Source: Dicyema japonicum
Taxonomy: Eukaryota; Animalia; Dicyemida
NCBI GenBank assembly: GCA_011109175.1
Contig: RDEW01000012.1
Span: forward strand, 846,552-910,551
Direction: 5' to 3'
DNA length: 64,000 bases
Part shown: positions 1-12,441 of the stretch, piece by piece
How the letters are laid out: each line of letters opens with the position of its first letter
Position numbering within the stretch: position 1 is the first letter of the stretch
Program-made: the position numbers and the translations under genes
Notes under the pieces: generated by a model
Seen by the model: only the letters and a program-made list of their open reading frames with translations
Databases searched by the model: none
Told to the model about the DNA's origin: nothing

Positions 1-205
1 ACAAATGCTAAAATCAATCTTTGAATCAATATTGAACTTTTACTATTTATCGTTAAATCGTGATTTTTTATATGTATATTATACAGGTATGCAGTTTTTA
101 CAAATTTGGCTTAAATACATTCAACATTTAGATTGAGAAAAACTAATATAAATTTAGGCTGAATAAATTTTCAAAAATATTCACCAGTTTTAATTAAATT
201 TAAGG

Positions 206-1132
206 ATGTTTCACCGCAAGAAAACAATACTATTGTTAATCACATCTTCCTTCTTCTTAGTACTATATTATCTTTCATGGCCAGAAGAGGCGAAAACAGT
301 AATCAAACAAGATTTTGTACTAGTTTCGGGTTTTTACAATATTGGAAACTTTGAAAAACCAGCTGGTGTCCGGAAGCCTTCCCAGTACTATGAGTGGATC
401 CAAAAGTATAAGTTTGTGAAAAATCACATGGTTTTTTTCTCGGATAGTAAATCTATCCTCGAACATCTGTTAAAGGTCCGACGAGGAAAGCAAACCAGCG
501 CCATTTATCTGCCTCGTGTGGAGTTGATTGGCTTCAAAAATATTCAAAAAATACAGGAGATATTCACTCTCCCGGGATTTGGAAAGTATCCGCTGCAAAC
601 GGGAAATTTCCAGTACTCTGCAATCATGCATTCCAAACACGAACTAGTCGAAAGGGCCATTCAAATGTTTTCAAATACGTCCTCGTATTTTGCATGGACA
701 GACGTGGGGTTATTGCGTAATACCAACCCTCAAATGGACTATATTTTGACAACTTCCGAGTACATTGACAAAACGAGTATTTTCTGGTCTCAGGTATAAG
801 AATTTCAAGAAAGATCTGTCGATATAATCACTAAGGAAGCCTACGAGTGGGTTGGGGGTGCCATGTTCGCTGGTCACGTCAAAGTCATCCTCCAGTTCTG
901 CGAAACGTACAAAAAATTATTTTATAAACTCTTGGACCTCAATCTAATCGCCACGGACGAACAGGCTCTATACGTTCTTTTCACACGTGAAGGACGGGCT
1001 CTGACAAAAAATAATGTCAATATACACGTCTACAAATGCGGATATTTCGGACTTTATACTCTCTTCACAAATGTTAAAACGACTGAAAAATGTGATCTCA
1101 AACAAAACCACGATAACGGAAATAACTTGTGA
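206..1132 (+). CDS. HtrL/YibB-family protein (type II membrane, glycosyltransferase-like), interrupted by in-frame TAA at 797-799
   Basis: ORFs 206-799 and 863-1132 are in the same frame, separated only by TAA. The protein has an N-terminal TM segment followed by blocks typical of HtrL-like proteins (VSGFYNIG, YYEW, HSKHELVERAI, YFAWTDVG, WVGGAMFAG, TDEQALY). Family recognised from memory, not searched. Confidence 0.72.
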
Positions 1133-1211
1133 ATATAAAACTAATAAAGAAATGTCTTTCATTTCTAGATTCATGTACTTTAAGTTTTTTTTCTATAATT
1201 TTGATTTCATT

Positions 1212-1803
1212 TTAATCACAAACAATAATTCTCTTAAGTTCTTCCTTCTTTTTAGGATATCCATATTGACACAATATTTCTCTTGTTGAGTCGTAGAACT
1301 TGACATTTCCGCTTTTTTCAGTAACATGTTCAAGCTGTTTCTTCGACTGGTGTAGTTTATTTTTCATATTCTGAACCCAGTCACTCATTTTTTATAAAAA
1401 TGTGAAAAAGACTTATCCTGGATAGACAATATCGGTAATGTCATTTATGTTAGTGGTTGGAATTGATTTGATTTATTCATTTATCACTCCACAGACAACA
1501 CTTCCTTCTTCAAGAGTTGATATGGAATTTTCTATCTGGGTTGCCGCATATCGCGAGGAATTTCTTTCATCTGCTGAGTTTGGGAATAAAATTTATTAGA
1601 GCTTTCCTTGAAACAAAAAATTTCTAGCCTCTGCACTTCATGCGAAGTTTGTCACGTTGTGTTTGTATTTACAAATGACTTGATATTCGGTACTGACTTA
1701 AATGAATTGAACTTTTCGTTAAAGACTCGAGTTATCAGAGGCAACCCTTAAAGAGGTATTCGAGTGAATTTAGTTTTGTGAACATCACAACTTCAACCGC
1801 CAT
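1212..1803 (-). CDS. Candidate spliced hypothetical gene (model not resolved)
   Basis: ATG GCG start at 1803 (MAVEVVMFTKLNSLEYLFK), then a 20-nt GT-AG candidate intron. A 58-codon terminal open frame spans 1212-1388 (MSDWVQNMKNKLHQSKKQLEHV...YGYPKKKEELKRIIVCD*). Middle exons could not be joined cleanly. Confidence 0.3.
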
Positions 1804-2621
1804 TAAAAACTAAAAAAACTTCTATTAAACATTATAAATTGAATTTTTAATGATTTTACTCTGTGGGGAATTACCAGAAAAAACGTTATTTAATTAAAAC
1901 AAAAATTCGATTAAAACATATTTACATATTATGGAAATATTAAAATATAATTTTCTAAAAAGGGAAACTCAAAAAATAATCGGGGAAGGAAGGAAACAAA
2001 AATAGGAAGGAACCGTCAAACAGATAATATAAAACATATTTATCGCTAAATTGTTTAATTATTTTTATGGTTTATAGGAATTCTGATTTAAAAATTTTGA
2101 TGGAGCTGATTTTGCAAGCATATATTGTAATGGTGCATTAGAATGGAAATAATTACAAATTATAAATGAATTTTTAGATTTTTATTTTATTCAATATTTT
2201 AACGATTTGAATTCTATTCGAAGATAATTAAAGTACCCGAGTGTGTGAAGAATCGATTCTTTGAAAAATCTTACTAACATTCAAATTGACACATTCGAGA
2301 TATTTAAACATTATTAAGATAAAATTTTGTTGTCAAATCATTAACAAAATGAAAATTAAAGGATTAATCAAAATTATTAATTTTATAAAAATTTAAATTG
2401 ACGCTAAAGTAATACAAATATTTATAAACGAATGATTTAATTGAACATTGAATATTTTTTAATTAACTTGACTTTTAGAATAACACAAAGGAAATTCGGA
2501 ATGTATTTTGCGATAAATTTTAGATAGACAACCAAAAGGGTCTATTAGAGGAGAATTTTCAAATTTAGACAAACTAGAGGTTGTTGAAAACTTTATTGAG
2601 GATAATTATATTCTCTAGTAT

Positions 2622-3080
2622 AAAATTTAGATTAATACATTTTTCACGGTGGAATTCTGCTTTCGATTATTGAAAATTCAAATATTTTCTGTTTAAGATT
2701 TAGATTAAAAGGTTTTACCAGATGTGGACTTTTGGGGTAGATCTCAGCTCTGGATTTATTTGAAAATTCTAATATTCTCTGCATTAAAATTTAGATTAAA
2801 AGGGATAATGAAAATGCATTTTCACTGTGGAATTCTGCTCTCGATTATTGAAAATTCAAATATTCTCTGTATTAAGATTTAGATTCAAAAGGTATAACCA
2901 GATGTGTATTTTTGAGGTGTATCTTAGCTCTTGATTTATTTGAAAATTCTCTTATTCTCTGTATTAAAATTTTGATTAAAAGGGATAATGAAAATGCATT
3001 TTTCACTGTGGAATTCTGCTCTCGATTATTGAACATTCGAATATTTTCTGTTTTAAGATTTAGATTAAATGGTTAATGAA
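2622..3080. repeat. Short satellite-like array, ~180-bp unit made of two ~90-bp subunits
   Basis: GGAATTCTGC occurs at 2651, 2829 and 3010 (periods 178/181). A TTTAGATTAAAAGG-like motif recurs every ~90 bp. Confidence 0.85.
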
Positions 3081-3089
3081 AATTCTTCA

Positions 3090-3240
3090 TGGGCAGAGAG
3101 ACCGGTTGGAAAAAACTCTCTTCGAGGTGTTCCTTCGATCAGAAGCGGAAGAGGCTGGTCTCCAGACTTCGCAAGCGGACGGGTCGTCGGATTAATTTAG
3201 TTGACTTTTAATTATCTCTGTTTTTCGTTGAATAAAGTAG
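3090..3240 (+). mobile_element. Possible LINE 3'-end fragment
   Basis: GC-rich island encoding DQKRKRLVSRLRKRTGRR, resembling the ORF2 C-termini of other LINE copies in the window. Confidence 0.35.
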
Positions 3241-3950
3241 TTTCTCTGCTTTAAAATTTTATCATAAAAGAAAGATATTACATCTAGAGTTTTCACAGTA
3301 AATTTCGTTAATATCATCTTTAAAATTTAGATTAACAAAACATTATTAAAAATTCGTTTTCCAAGTTGGTTTCTGTTTCCGATTGATTCAGAATTCTATA
3401 GAATATATTCTCACCACAAATAATTATAATCGACTATTGACATTGGAAATGGGCAACGCAAAATTCTATTGCTCTGACTCTTTAAAAATGTACTTCGTAG
3501 AACAAAAATGTTAATAAATATCTTTCTCCATACTTTCGACATTTAAACACAATAAAAGATTATTTTTTAATGGTCAAATCAATATACGGTGGCATGGTTT
3601 CCCCTAAAAAAACATTCGAACAGATACGATCATGCATTAATTTCACGATTATTTAAATTGAAATTCGCTCTTCATTTCTCATGATTCATATTTTTAGTAA
3701 CAGGTAAAATTTACATTTTTAATAAAACAGAAACCTTTTTCAGAGCGTCATCTGATGTAGGTCAAGTTCCATAAATCATCTGATATCCTTTTTCTCTTTA
3801 AAAATAAACGTTCGGATTACAACCAAATTTAGCTAATAGAGTTAAGGCCATAACAAATTTTAGATATCTGATGTCATTCTGTAAGTATTAGTGGATTTAA
3901 GTTAGAGTATTATTTTTAATCGAAAGAAAAAAAACATATTCCCACTAAAA

Positions 3951-5521
3951 CTAAGAAATCTTTTTGGAATCATTGATTATTGCATCGAGTCTCTCAATCA
4001 ATGGGGGATGTGTATATTTCAATTTGGCATATAACCAATCATCGTAAATAAACGACAGATTATTTCGATACAATTTCTTTAAGGCAGATTGTAAATAATC
4101 CCCATATCCAATTTTTGTAGAAAATCTGTCAGCTCCAAACTCGTTATATCTAGTCGCAGTGACCATTAATATAGTCAATAGTTCTTGAAGTGGTGAAATA
4201 TGGTACTGGGCAATAAAAACAAGTCCAATCAACGGAGGCATTTCTGGGACATTCTCAGTTCCAAATGCAAAGGCACTGTAGAATTTAGAGTTATACAGAA
4301 AATATCCACATGTTTTAAATGTAATGAAAAGTTGAATCTAACTAATTAAAAAAAGATACTTGAAGAAGGGCAAATATTTTAAAAACGTCCCAGTTTTTCC
4401 AATGACCTAATTCGTGGGCTAAAATTGCCACAATCTCATCATTAGTCATTCTTTCGTCTGATTGAGGAGATTCGTCTTGAATAGTTTTGTAATTCTAAAA
4501 TATGTATGAAATCTATATTTAACATTTTCTGAATTATCAGTTCCAATAAGAGTATCGTATAAAACAATTTTCTTCTTTTTATAAAATCCAGTCACATAAG
4601 CATTACTGTGAGAGGATCTTTTGGATCCTTAAAATTAAAATAATACAAAATTACCTTCAACCACAAAAAGTCTATGAAGGGGAAAGTTCAGAGAAGAGGC
4701 CAAATCTTCAATTCTTGTACGCAACTCTGACTGTGGCAATTCACGAAATGTATCAAATAAAGGAGCTATAAACTCTCCATATATATAGAAAATAAACTAA
4801 ACATAATTCAAAATAACTCACTAAATTGACAATAAAAACGAATTGTGTTAAATAATCCGCAAATGATTCTCCAGTTTTATTTATTATTAAAAGTGTAACC
4901 ACACCAAGAAAAATCGCAAAAATTAAAGTCAGAAACAATTTTTTTATTTTGTCTTTAATAAAAAACGCCAATGTCTAATAAAAATTATAATAATAAAATA
5001 CTTGCTTGTTGAAACCATGTCTAGCCTCAATTACAAAGTCAGAATAGTAAGAGAATGGAACTGAAATTAGTGCCCGTAGACAAAGTAAGATTGTCAAAAA
5101 GATGATTGTTGCGACATACTAAAAACTTTTACTCGCTAAAAAAAAACCTGATTAGAATTGATGTTGCTGGAAATAATCCAAACGGTTTTATAAATTTTCG
5201 TAGCGATCGAAAGCTTAAATAATTATATGAATTGATAAAACAAAGATTAAAAAAATGTCAAATATTGACATTTTAAATTCGAATTTGCTTCTATCGAGTT
5301 TATAAAGTCGAGATTTTTCGAAAACGCTGTCTGAAACAAGATTACTATGTTCAGGTCGAACTTTTGTGTATGTTTTGTATACTTTATACTACATTAAATA
5401 GTAATTATCAATATTTTACTTGTCGGTTATTTAAATATATATTCCATGCAAATTCACAAATTTGTGTTAAACAGATAACTAGAAGAAACATGTCACCGTT
5501 TGTTAGACCCCACGTAGTCAT
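3951..5521 (-). CDS. ZMPSTE24: CAAX prenyl protease 1 (STE24 zinc metalloprotease), 8 introns of 22-31 nt
   Basis: Spliced translation contains [39 protein letters not shown] (HExxH), EFGAD and [12 protein letters not shown] introns: 5389-5419, 5214-5241, 5119-5147, 4975-5001, 4797-4821, 4628-4654, 4495-4523, 4338-4359. Confidence 0.95.
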
Positions 5522-6036
5522 TAAAATATTGAATTATTAATTTAGTTATTTCCATATATTTTATAAATTTAATCAAAAAATTAACTTTTTTGCTTAAAAC
5601 ATGCATAGAAAGATCACAAGCGTATCTTATCAAGATTTGGATCCCTTCGTAAAGCTTTTTAACTTTACAAAATGAATAAATATGAGCAGTCAAAATTCTT
5701 AGAGATTTTTGGTGCTTTACATGTCTTTCAATGGACGGCGGACTACTTTATCATGGATCAACGCTTATCCCTTTTTATGAGGAGAATCGTAAGCATTTGG
5801 ATAACGAAACTGTTAGGATTAGAATCAGCATCAGACATGGTCTTCCTCTGTCATAGAATTTTGGTATTTTCAGTATAAAACCGGGTGGATTATTATATTC
5901 CGATTCGAGAATAGATTCGAACCCATGATGATCATAAAATGGTTAAAAGACATGAGGAAGAAATGTTCATTGGCTTCTTTTCGTATACAGGACTCTCGCG
6001 AAAGAAACAATTATAAAAAATTATAACTTAAATTAT

Positions 6037-6744
6037 CAGGGCTACTACTTGACGACGAATCCTTACGAATTGGAATGAGTTTACGATTGGGCTTGGACAT
6101 CTGCCAGCCCCACCCTTGCCGGTGCGGGTCCACAATTTCGTCAAACGGCTTACACGCCTTGTCGTGTAAGAAGAGTGCCGGACGAATTCCCCGCCACACA
6201 CAACTAAATGACGTTGTCAGGAGGGCTCTGGAGTCGGCTGGTTTCCCTTCCACTCTAGAGCCAGTCGGCCTTTTCCGGAGTGACGGCAAGCGCCCCGACG
6301 GGATGACGACTTTTCCTTTCAGGGAAGGCAAGTCCCTGGTTTGGGATGCCACGTGCGTCGACTCCTTTTCGGTGACGTCGCTACCCAAGACTATCAGCAA
6401 CCCGGGTTCCGCCAGTGCTCAGGCTGAAGAGTCAAAGAGGACGAAATACCGGTGTATTTCGGACTCCTTTGAGTTTGCCCCCCTCGCCTTCGAAACCTCC
6501 GGAATCGTCGGCAAGGCTGCTGCTCAACTCCTCACCGACATTGGCAGGAAAATCTTTTCAAAAACATACGACCGGAGGGAGACGAGCTGGCTTTTCCAGC
6601 GAATCTCGGTCGCTGTGCTCCGCGGAAACTGCCACTCAATACGCAGCGCGGCGTCGTTGAGCTGACCCTCAGGCTCTCGACTTTTCTTTCAGTTTTTAAT
6701 TATTGTTTATTTTAAAGAAAATTTTTAATCAAAAAAAAAAAAAA
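6037..6744 (+). mobile_element. 5'-truncated CRE-like (RLE endonuclease) non-LTR retrotransposon with poly(A) and 12-bp TSD
   Basis: Intact ORF with a CCHC knuckle (CRCG...H..SC), RHTQLND, EP...KRPDG, and LVWDATCVD of the PD-(D/E)xK nuclease. A14 tail at 6731-6744. AACTTAAATTAT is duplicated at 6025-6036 and 6743-6754. Confidence 0.9.
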
Positions 6745-6771
6745 CTTAAATTATTAAAATAATTTATTTTA

Positions 6772-6843
6772 AGCCCCCAGAGGGAATCGAACCCCCGACC
6801 CTTGGTTTACAAGACCAATGCTCTACCTCTGAGCTATAGAGGC
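6772..6843 (-). tRNA. tRNA-Thr (anticodon TGT)
   Basis: GCCTCTATAGCTCAGAGGTAGAGCATTGGTCTTGTAAACCAAGGGTCGGGGGTTCGATTCCCTCTGGGGGCT folds into a cloverleaf with A/B boxes. The anticodon stem TTGGT/ACCAA encloses the loop CT-TGT-AA. Confidence 0.95.
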
Positions 6844-6974
6844 TTATGTAAATTAATTGATGAGTTCTATAACTAATTTATAAAACCAATGAATTTGTTA
6901 TTCGCCTATCTTTAATTTTAAGAGGAGAACAAGAATATGTTTTATTGAATACAATAGCCTAAAAAGAAAAGTGG

Positions 6975-7625
6975 CCAAGGGATTAGCGCTTAGGGTGCTT
7001 GAGAACGAGAACCACGAAGGTCTCAACTCCGGTTTTGCTTCGGAAGATTTTTCTTATTTCCCTCAACAAATTTGGGTTTTGGACAGGATCGCGTCTATCG
7101 TGTCAATACTCCGCTCTACAAGTCCTCCAGCGGACTGCTGAGCTCCAGGCCGAATGCCAGTTTGATGGCAAATCGTCTGGTTTTTTCGAGTTTGGAGATT
7201 AGACGGTCCTTTTTGTCCATTTGATACCAGCCTTCCGATCCATATGTTAGTAGAGGCTGAACGCAGGTCCGGTAAACGTGGAGAAACGTTTCCGTGTTAA
7301 GATGAAAACGCCTCAGTCCTTTTAGGATCTTTGCACATTGTTTACGCTTTGCGTCCACATATAGTTTGTAGGACCCGGTGATGTCTACTGTTACTCCCAA
7401 GTAGTGTAGGTTCCCCGATATAATTAGGTTCCCATAATCTTCGAACGTCGGTTTTTAGTTTCGGCCAGTCGAAATCCAACAATTTTGTCCCGTGCGAGAC
7501 TCAAGCCTTTATCCCTGCACCACATTTCTAGTTCCCCCGGGTACGGTTCAAGTCTGCTCCAAGACAAACTCCTCCTGTGTCGGGGTCTCCACATCGAGAC
7601 ATCCGTAACCAAGATGTCGTCGGCG
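6975..7625 (-). mobile_element. LINE ORF2 C-terminal fragment (post-RT thumb region), frameshifted
   Basis: Encodes ELEMWCRDKGLSLARDK, LGVTVD, VYRTCVQPLLTYGSEGWY and LEKTRRFAIKLAFG. Confidence 0.75.
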
Positions 7626-7797
7626 TAGATAATTAGTCTGTTCGTTGAAAAGGGGAGATGAATCTAATGACGTTAATATATTGCATTCATCATTCATTGA
7701 GTAAATTTTCGTACTACAGTTTTTACAGAAAAATTCGGTTTTATGTTTTAACAATATTAAAAAATAGGTTTTGTCTCTTAATAATAAATTAATTTTA

Positions 7798-8460
7798 TTA
7801 TCGAGATTCGTAACCACTACTTTTGGAATTCACCGATGATTTTAAAAAATCATGTAACTCATTTTTCATTTTTCGACATTCTTCAATCTCATTATTCTAA
7901 TAAAAATAATTAGGTGAATAAAAATAATCACCATTATTAACTCCGATAAACTTATTTCTTCACTCATATCAGAACTATAAATCTGATTTTGGAATGATTG
8001 ATTTTTGAGTTTAGATTTTAATCGATTATTAATTTTAGAATTTATATCTTTTCTCACAATCTTTTCTTTACAGCAATTTTTAAGAGGAGGAAGGGGAGGT
8101 AGTGGCAGACAAGATAGCATTTTGGATCCTATTGTATTGTCATTTATATATTTATGTTTTCTATATTCTGAAAATGCATGTTTAATTAATTTTGTTTTTT
8201 CATCAAAAATGGTGTCATTTTTTGGGAAAAAATCGTTCTAAAATTTCATAACATAAAATAAAAACTTTTTTTTGAATAATTTCGCTAAAAATAAATTCAT
8301 TTGAATTAAAAAAACATTGATATACCAGAAAACCAGATTTATGAATAAAGTAATCTTCGAATACGCTCTCGGAAAATTGTCCTGAACAATAAATTAATAT
8401 TTTTGACTGCTTGGTTACTATTTATTAATTTTTTCAATTTTTATACCTTCTTCATGAATC
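7798..8460 (-). CDS. Hypothetical spliced gene, 3' part (Pro/Lys-rich, low complexity)
   Basis: Long open exon ~7925-8240 (PLPPLPPL) is flanked by short AT-rich GT-AG candidate introns. The last exon ends ...SSGYESR* at 7798. The 5' end is unresolved. Confidence 0.4.
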
Positions 8461-8876
8461 ACATTTTTATATGAAACTCTGTCGTCGATTTTTAGTTCAA
8501 TAAGCAATTTATCTAAATAAACATTAGAAAATATTTAATTTGAACATTATTTAAATTTATGGTTATATATTTTATTGTTTTCAAACAAGAATTATATTGT
8601 TTCTTTATAGTTTAGTTTAATTGTCTTACAATTGGAATGTTTTGGAGATTGAAATATTTTATTGACTAACGCCTTTATGTTTTCGTCTTTACCATTAATA
8701 TTTTTACAAAAGATTAACTTGTGCTTAATATAACTTGAGTCTATAATGAATAAAAAATATGTACCAAATAATTTTATTGCTTTAAATTTCAACGGAGAAA
8801 ATATACATTCTTGTAATATAAAGCTCAAAAAAATTTCTTGACTGCCCAAAAATCGATTTGAGTTATCGCACTTATC

Positions 8877-9275
8877 TGATATTGATACACTTTTATTGCA
8901 CATAAAAACAACCGCTTGGAGCTACAAAAACGACAGTTTTTCGAATAATCAAATGTTTGAGTAGTATTGAACAGATTAATTTGGGCATTGGGCTACAAAT
9001 TGTTTGGCTGTTTAAAAGGGCTGATTTTATCCCACTTATTTGAATTCTAGGTTGTTTTGGATATTTCTATGTTATNTGATATTGATACACTTTTATTGCA
9101 CATAAAAACAACCGCTTGGAGCTACAAAAACGACAGTTTTTGGAATAATCGAATGTTTGAGTAGTATTGAACAGATTAATTTGGGCATTGGGCTAAAAAT
9201 TATTTGGCTGTTTAAAAGGGCTGATTTTATCCCACTTATTTGAATTCTAGGTTGTTTTGGATATTTCTATGTTAT
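8877..9275. repeat. ~199-bp direct duplication joined by a single N (9076)
   Basis: 8877-9075 is nearly identical to 9077-9275 with a few substitutions, and the N sits exactly at the junction. Confidence 0.9.
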
Positions 9276-10099
9276 ACAAATTAGGTGATTAATACATTAG
9301 ATAGCATCTGACACAGTTTTTCAAATTAATTGCGCAAAGTTAATTTATATTTTATTTGATAACAAATCTACAAAATTTAATCGACTCAATGCCGTTAGCC
9401 GAGTAAAGTGATACCAATAAATTATTCTTTAATAATATTTTCAATTACAAACAGATGTTTTTCAGTAACCTCTCGATGTTGTTTATCCAATAGAACTAAT
9501 TTATCAAATAATATATTTTATAATATCTTTTCATTTGTAGTAACCATTTATACTTCTATAAAAAATTTTATATTTACTACAATGAGGATCCTCTGTCTCA
9601 AAGTGATGACGAATTTTTCAAAAATATTTAAGCATTTTCTCATCGAAATGAAAAAATATTTTATCAAAACAGGATTTCACATGCATGAAAAGATCAACGA
9701 ATTATAAATTAATATCTTCAGATTTATTTCAATCGTAAAGTTAATTATCTAATTATTATTAAAGGTCAGAGACATCAAAAACAATTAATATAATTGTTTC
9801 CAGACACATCAAAGAAATCAATTTAAATGGTTCCCATAGTTTTCTATTTTAAATGAAATTAAAACAATGCTGCTCTATTTGATGTTTTAAGTAGATTCTC
9901 TCAATGTAAAAAGTTCTTAAATAAAGTTTTTTTCGATTTTTTATTTCAATGAAGTGTGTCATTTTTGTACGGAGAGTTTTGATTTGCTGTTTCTACGAAG
10001 AATGGCAATTGAAATTCTTTGCCAGCATCATAATAATCCCCGAGACTCATTTCTCCGGGAGTTAATTATTTCCCCGATGTCGTATATAAAGGCCATTGT

Positions 10100-10415
10100 T
10101 AGATTTCATGCGACTTAACAAGTTTCGAATGCGATAGGGGCAAAATGTGGTCTACAGAGATAGTTTGGTATTTGATAGCTTTCATACACTTCGCCTTTTT
10201 CGCAGCGGCCCGGGAGATATGGTCGACGATGTTAGATTGGACGCCGAGAACTTGTCCGTGCAGATAGCGTCCCACACAAAAGACCGGCATTCCCGGAATG
10301 GGAAGATTGTCAGTCCGTCTGGTCTCTCGCCGTCGTCCCGGTTCGATTGTCTTAATGGACCCGAGGAAAGCGGGAAATTGAAGTTTGTCCAAACAAACAG
10401 CAAGTCGTCGTCTGG
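10100..10415 (-). mobile_element. CRE-like RLE retroelement fragment, degraded
   Basis: Encodes RDDGERPDGLTIFPFRECRSFVWDAICTDKF, homologous to ORF 6075-6665. Confidence 0.85.
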
Positions 10416-10784
10416 GAATTTACAATCACTGTATTATTCTCTGATTAGAAGCCTTAACACAAGAATCCTACGACTGCTTTTAGACTGTTTTTTGTTAACG
10501 TTAGATCTGGTATCTCTTATAAGTCTTCTATTTTTGTCAAAAAGAAAAAAATCTATGTGGGTATTGTTAAAACCGGTTTTATGATTTTTCTAACGGCCTG
10601 TATGATCCAGACTGTTCAGACAAAATCAGATGGAAAATGAAAAAAATTCACTTGCTTACAATATAATTGCCGTTAAAAGGTTAAGCGTATAATTTTACCT
10701 ATTTATCTATATAAAATTAATGATTTCCTATACTTTATAATAATTAAAATTTTGAATAAACATGTTAATTATAACAGACTATTG

Positions 10785-11498
10785 ATGGTACGCGCGGGAT
10801 TTCTTGTTGTGGTAGAAGGTGCTGACAAAGTTGGAAAAACCACACAGTGCAAGCTCCTACACCAATCCCTAAATAAAATGGGGATTCCATCTAGATTAAT
10901 GAAATTTCCAGGCAATGATTGTTTGCTAATTTATTAGACCGGGAAACCAAGATAGGAAAGTTAATCGACTCATATCTCAAATGTCAAATAGACTTGGACG
11001 ACCACGCTGTACATCTGCTTTTTTCTGCAAATAGATGGGAACTTTAGTTTGTCATTTTTTTATTTTTAGTAAAGAAATGATCACTATTTTGTCTGAAGGA
11101 AAATTACTGATTCTAGATCGTTATATTTACTCTGGAATTGCATATTCAGTGGCTAAGGTTTTATATATTGATTTTAAAAATTTTGAATTATTCATATTTC
11201 CATTTTAGGGTTTGTCCCCAGATTGGTGTAGTGCATGTGATGTAGGACTTCCCGAACCTGATATTGTATTATATTTAGAGAAAAAAGATGTCATTTTTGT
11301 GAAAAACGGCCATCACGAGAGATATGATAATCTTCAATTTCAGAAAAAAGCATCTTTTTGTTTTAAAAATTATTTTCCTGAGAATACGAAGGTTTGGCGA
11401 TAGTAAATTTTCGATATTAGATTATCACCGTATGCGAGGATATTATGGATACACATGAAGCTATTCTCGATTTGGTCTTAAGAATATCCAATATATAA
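10785..11498 (+). CDS. DTYMK: Thymidylate kinase (dTMP kinase), 4 introns
   Basis: P-loop EGADKVGKTTQ, FPDR, HLLFSANRWE, LDRYIYSGIAYS and DVGLPEPDIVLYL. Introns: 10912-10937 (GC-AG), 11047-11069, 11159-11208, 11392-11420. Confidence 0.93.
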
Positions 11499-11799
11499 TT
11501 CTCTTTTTTTACGTCTTTTAATAATGTTTGTTATATTAATAATGGCAGCTATCACAATGAGACACTGTTTTATCGTAATTAGTTTTCCTTGTACTTTTTT
11601 AAGTATAAAATACCGAAAATAAAAAGAATATCCATATTTATTTAATATCGTGATTTATCAAATCAAGCACAATGATAAGTACTAATGAATGACTGTTTTA
11701 TGAAATTTAATGGCGATTTTTACACTATCGCTTATTTAAAATATTTAACCATAATTTCAATGATAATTCATAATGACCTTAAAATCAATTTAAAGATAA

Positions 11800-12441
11800 G
11801 GAAAGTGAATGTAATTATAAAACAAAACAGGAGAGAGTATAACTAGTATATCAATTATATCTCGGAGAGTCAAGGAAAAAAAACTCAATATATTAAAGAC
11901 GTCATTTAAAAATCAGTCCTCAATATTTAAACCAGTGGAAAATAAGCATCAGTTATTAACGTCTTATAAAATTAGTCACCTTCTTGCTGTAAATATGAAA
12001 CCTTATTCTGATGGAGAAATTATTAAAACTGCTATTTCCATTTTTTGTGATGAATGTTGTCCATCAAATATACAAAATATTGCAAAACGATTACCATTAA
12101 GTAATGATACTATTACAAGAAGAATAGAATGTATTTCTGAGGTCCTTACCCGTCAGCTAATCAAGTTTTTTACTATTAAAAATAATTTTTTTAGAACATC
12201 GAAAGATTTTTTATATTATTCTTTTGCTGTCGACACGAGTAAAGATATCTCTGATACCGAACAAATGGTCATATGCATTAGAGGTGTCACTTCGGATTTT
12301 GAAATTTTTGAAGAATTTTTTTCTCTTTGTTAATTAAAAGGCTCTACAAAAGAAATTGATGTACTTAACGAATTTCTTGAAAGTATTAAAGAATTTGACA
12401 TTGAACCTTCCAAATTAATTTCTAATTGTACTGATGGGGGG
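11800..12441 (+). mobile_element. hAT transposase fragment (SPIN/GTF2IRD2-like), runs into gap
   Basis: KPYSDGEIIK, LPLSNDTITRRI, FAVDTSKDISDTEQ (first catalytic D region) and CTDGG. One in-frame stop at 12331. Confidence 0.85.

Noticed and set aside
797-799. Alternative genetic code (TAA/TAG = Gln) suggested by the in-frame stop
   Set aside because: STE24, DTYMK, chitinase, MRG15 and P1/P2 all end in TAA or TAG, and their other apparent stops are explained by introns.
5601-6020. Possible gene divergent from STE24 (ATG 5601, candidate introns)
   Set aside because: No splice combination gave a convincing continuous frame or recognisable domain.
8877-9275. Tandem 199-bp duplication as a biological repeat
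   Set aside because: A single N sits exactly at the junction and there are a few allelic-type differences, typical of unmerged overlapping contig ends.
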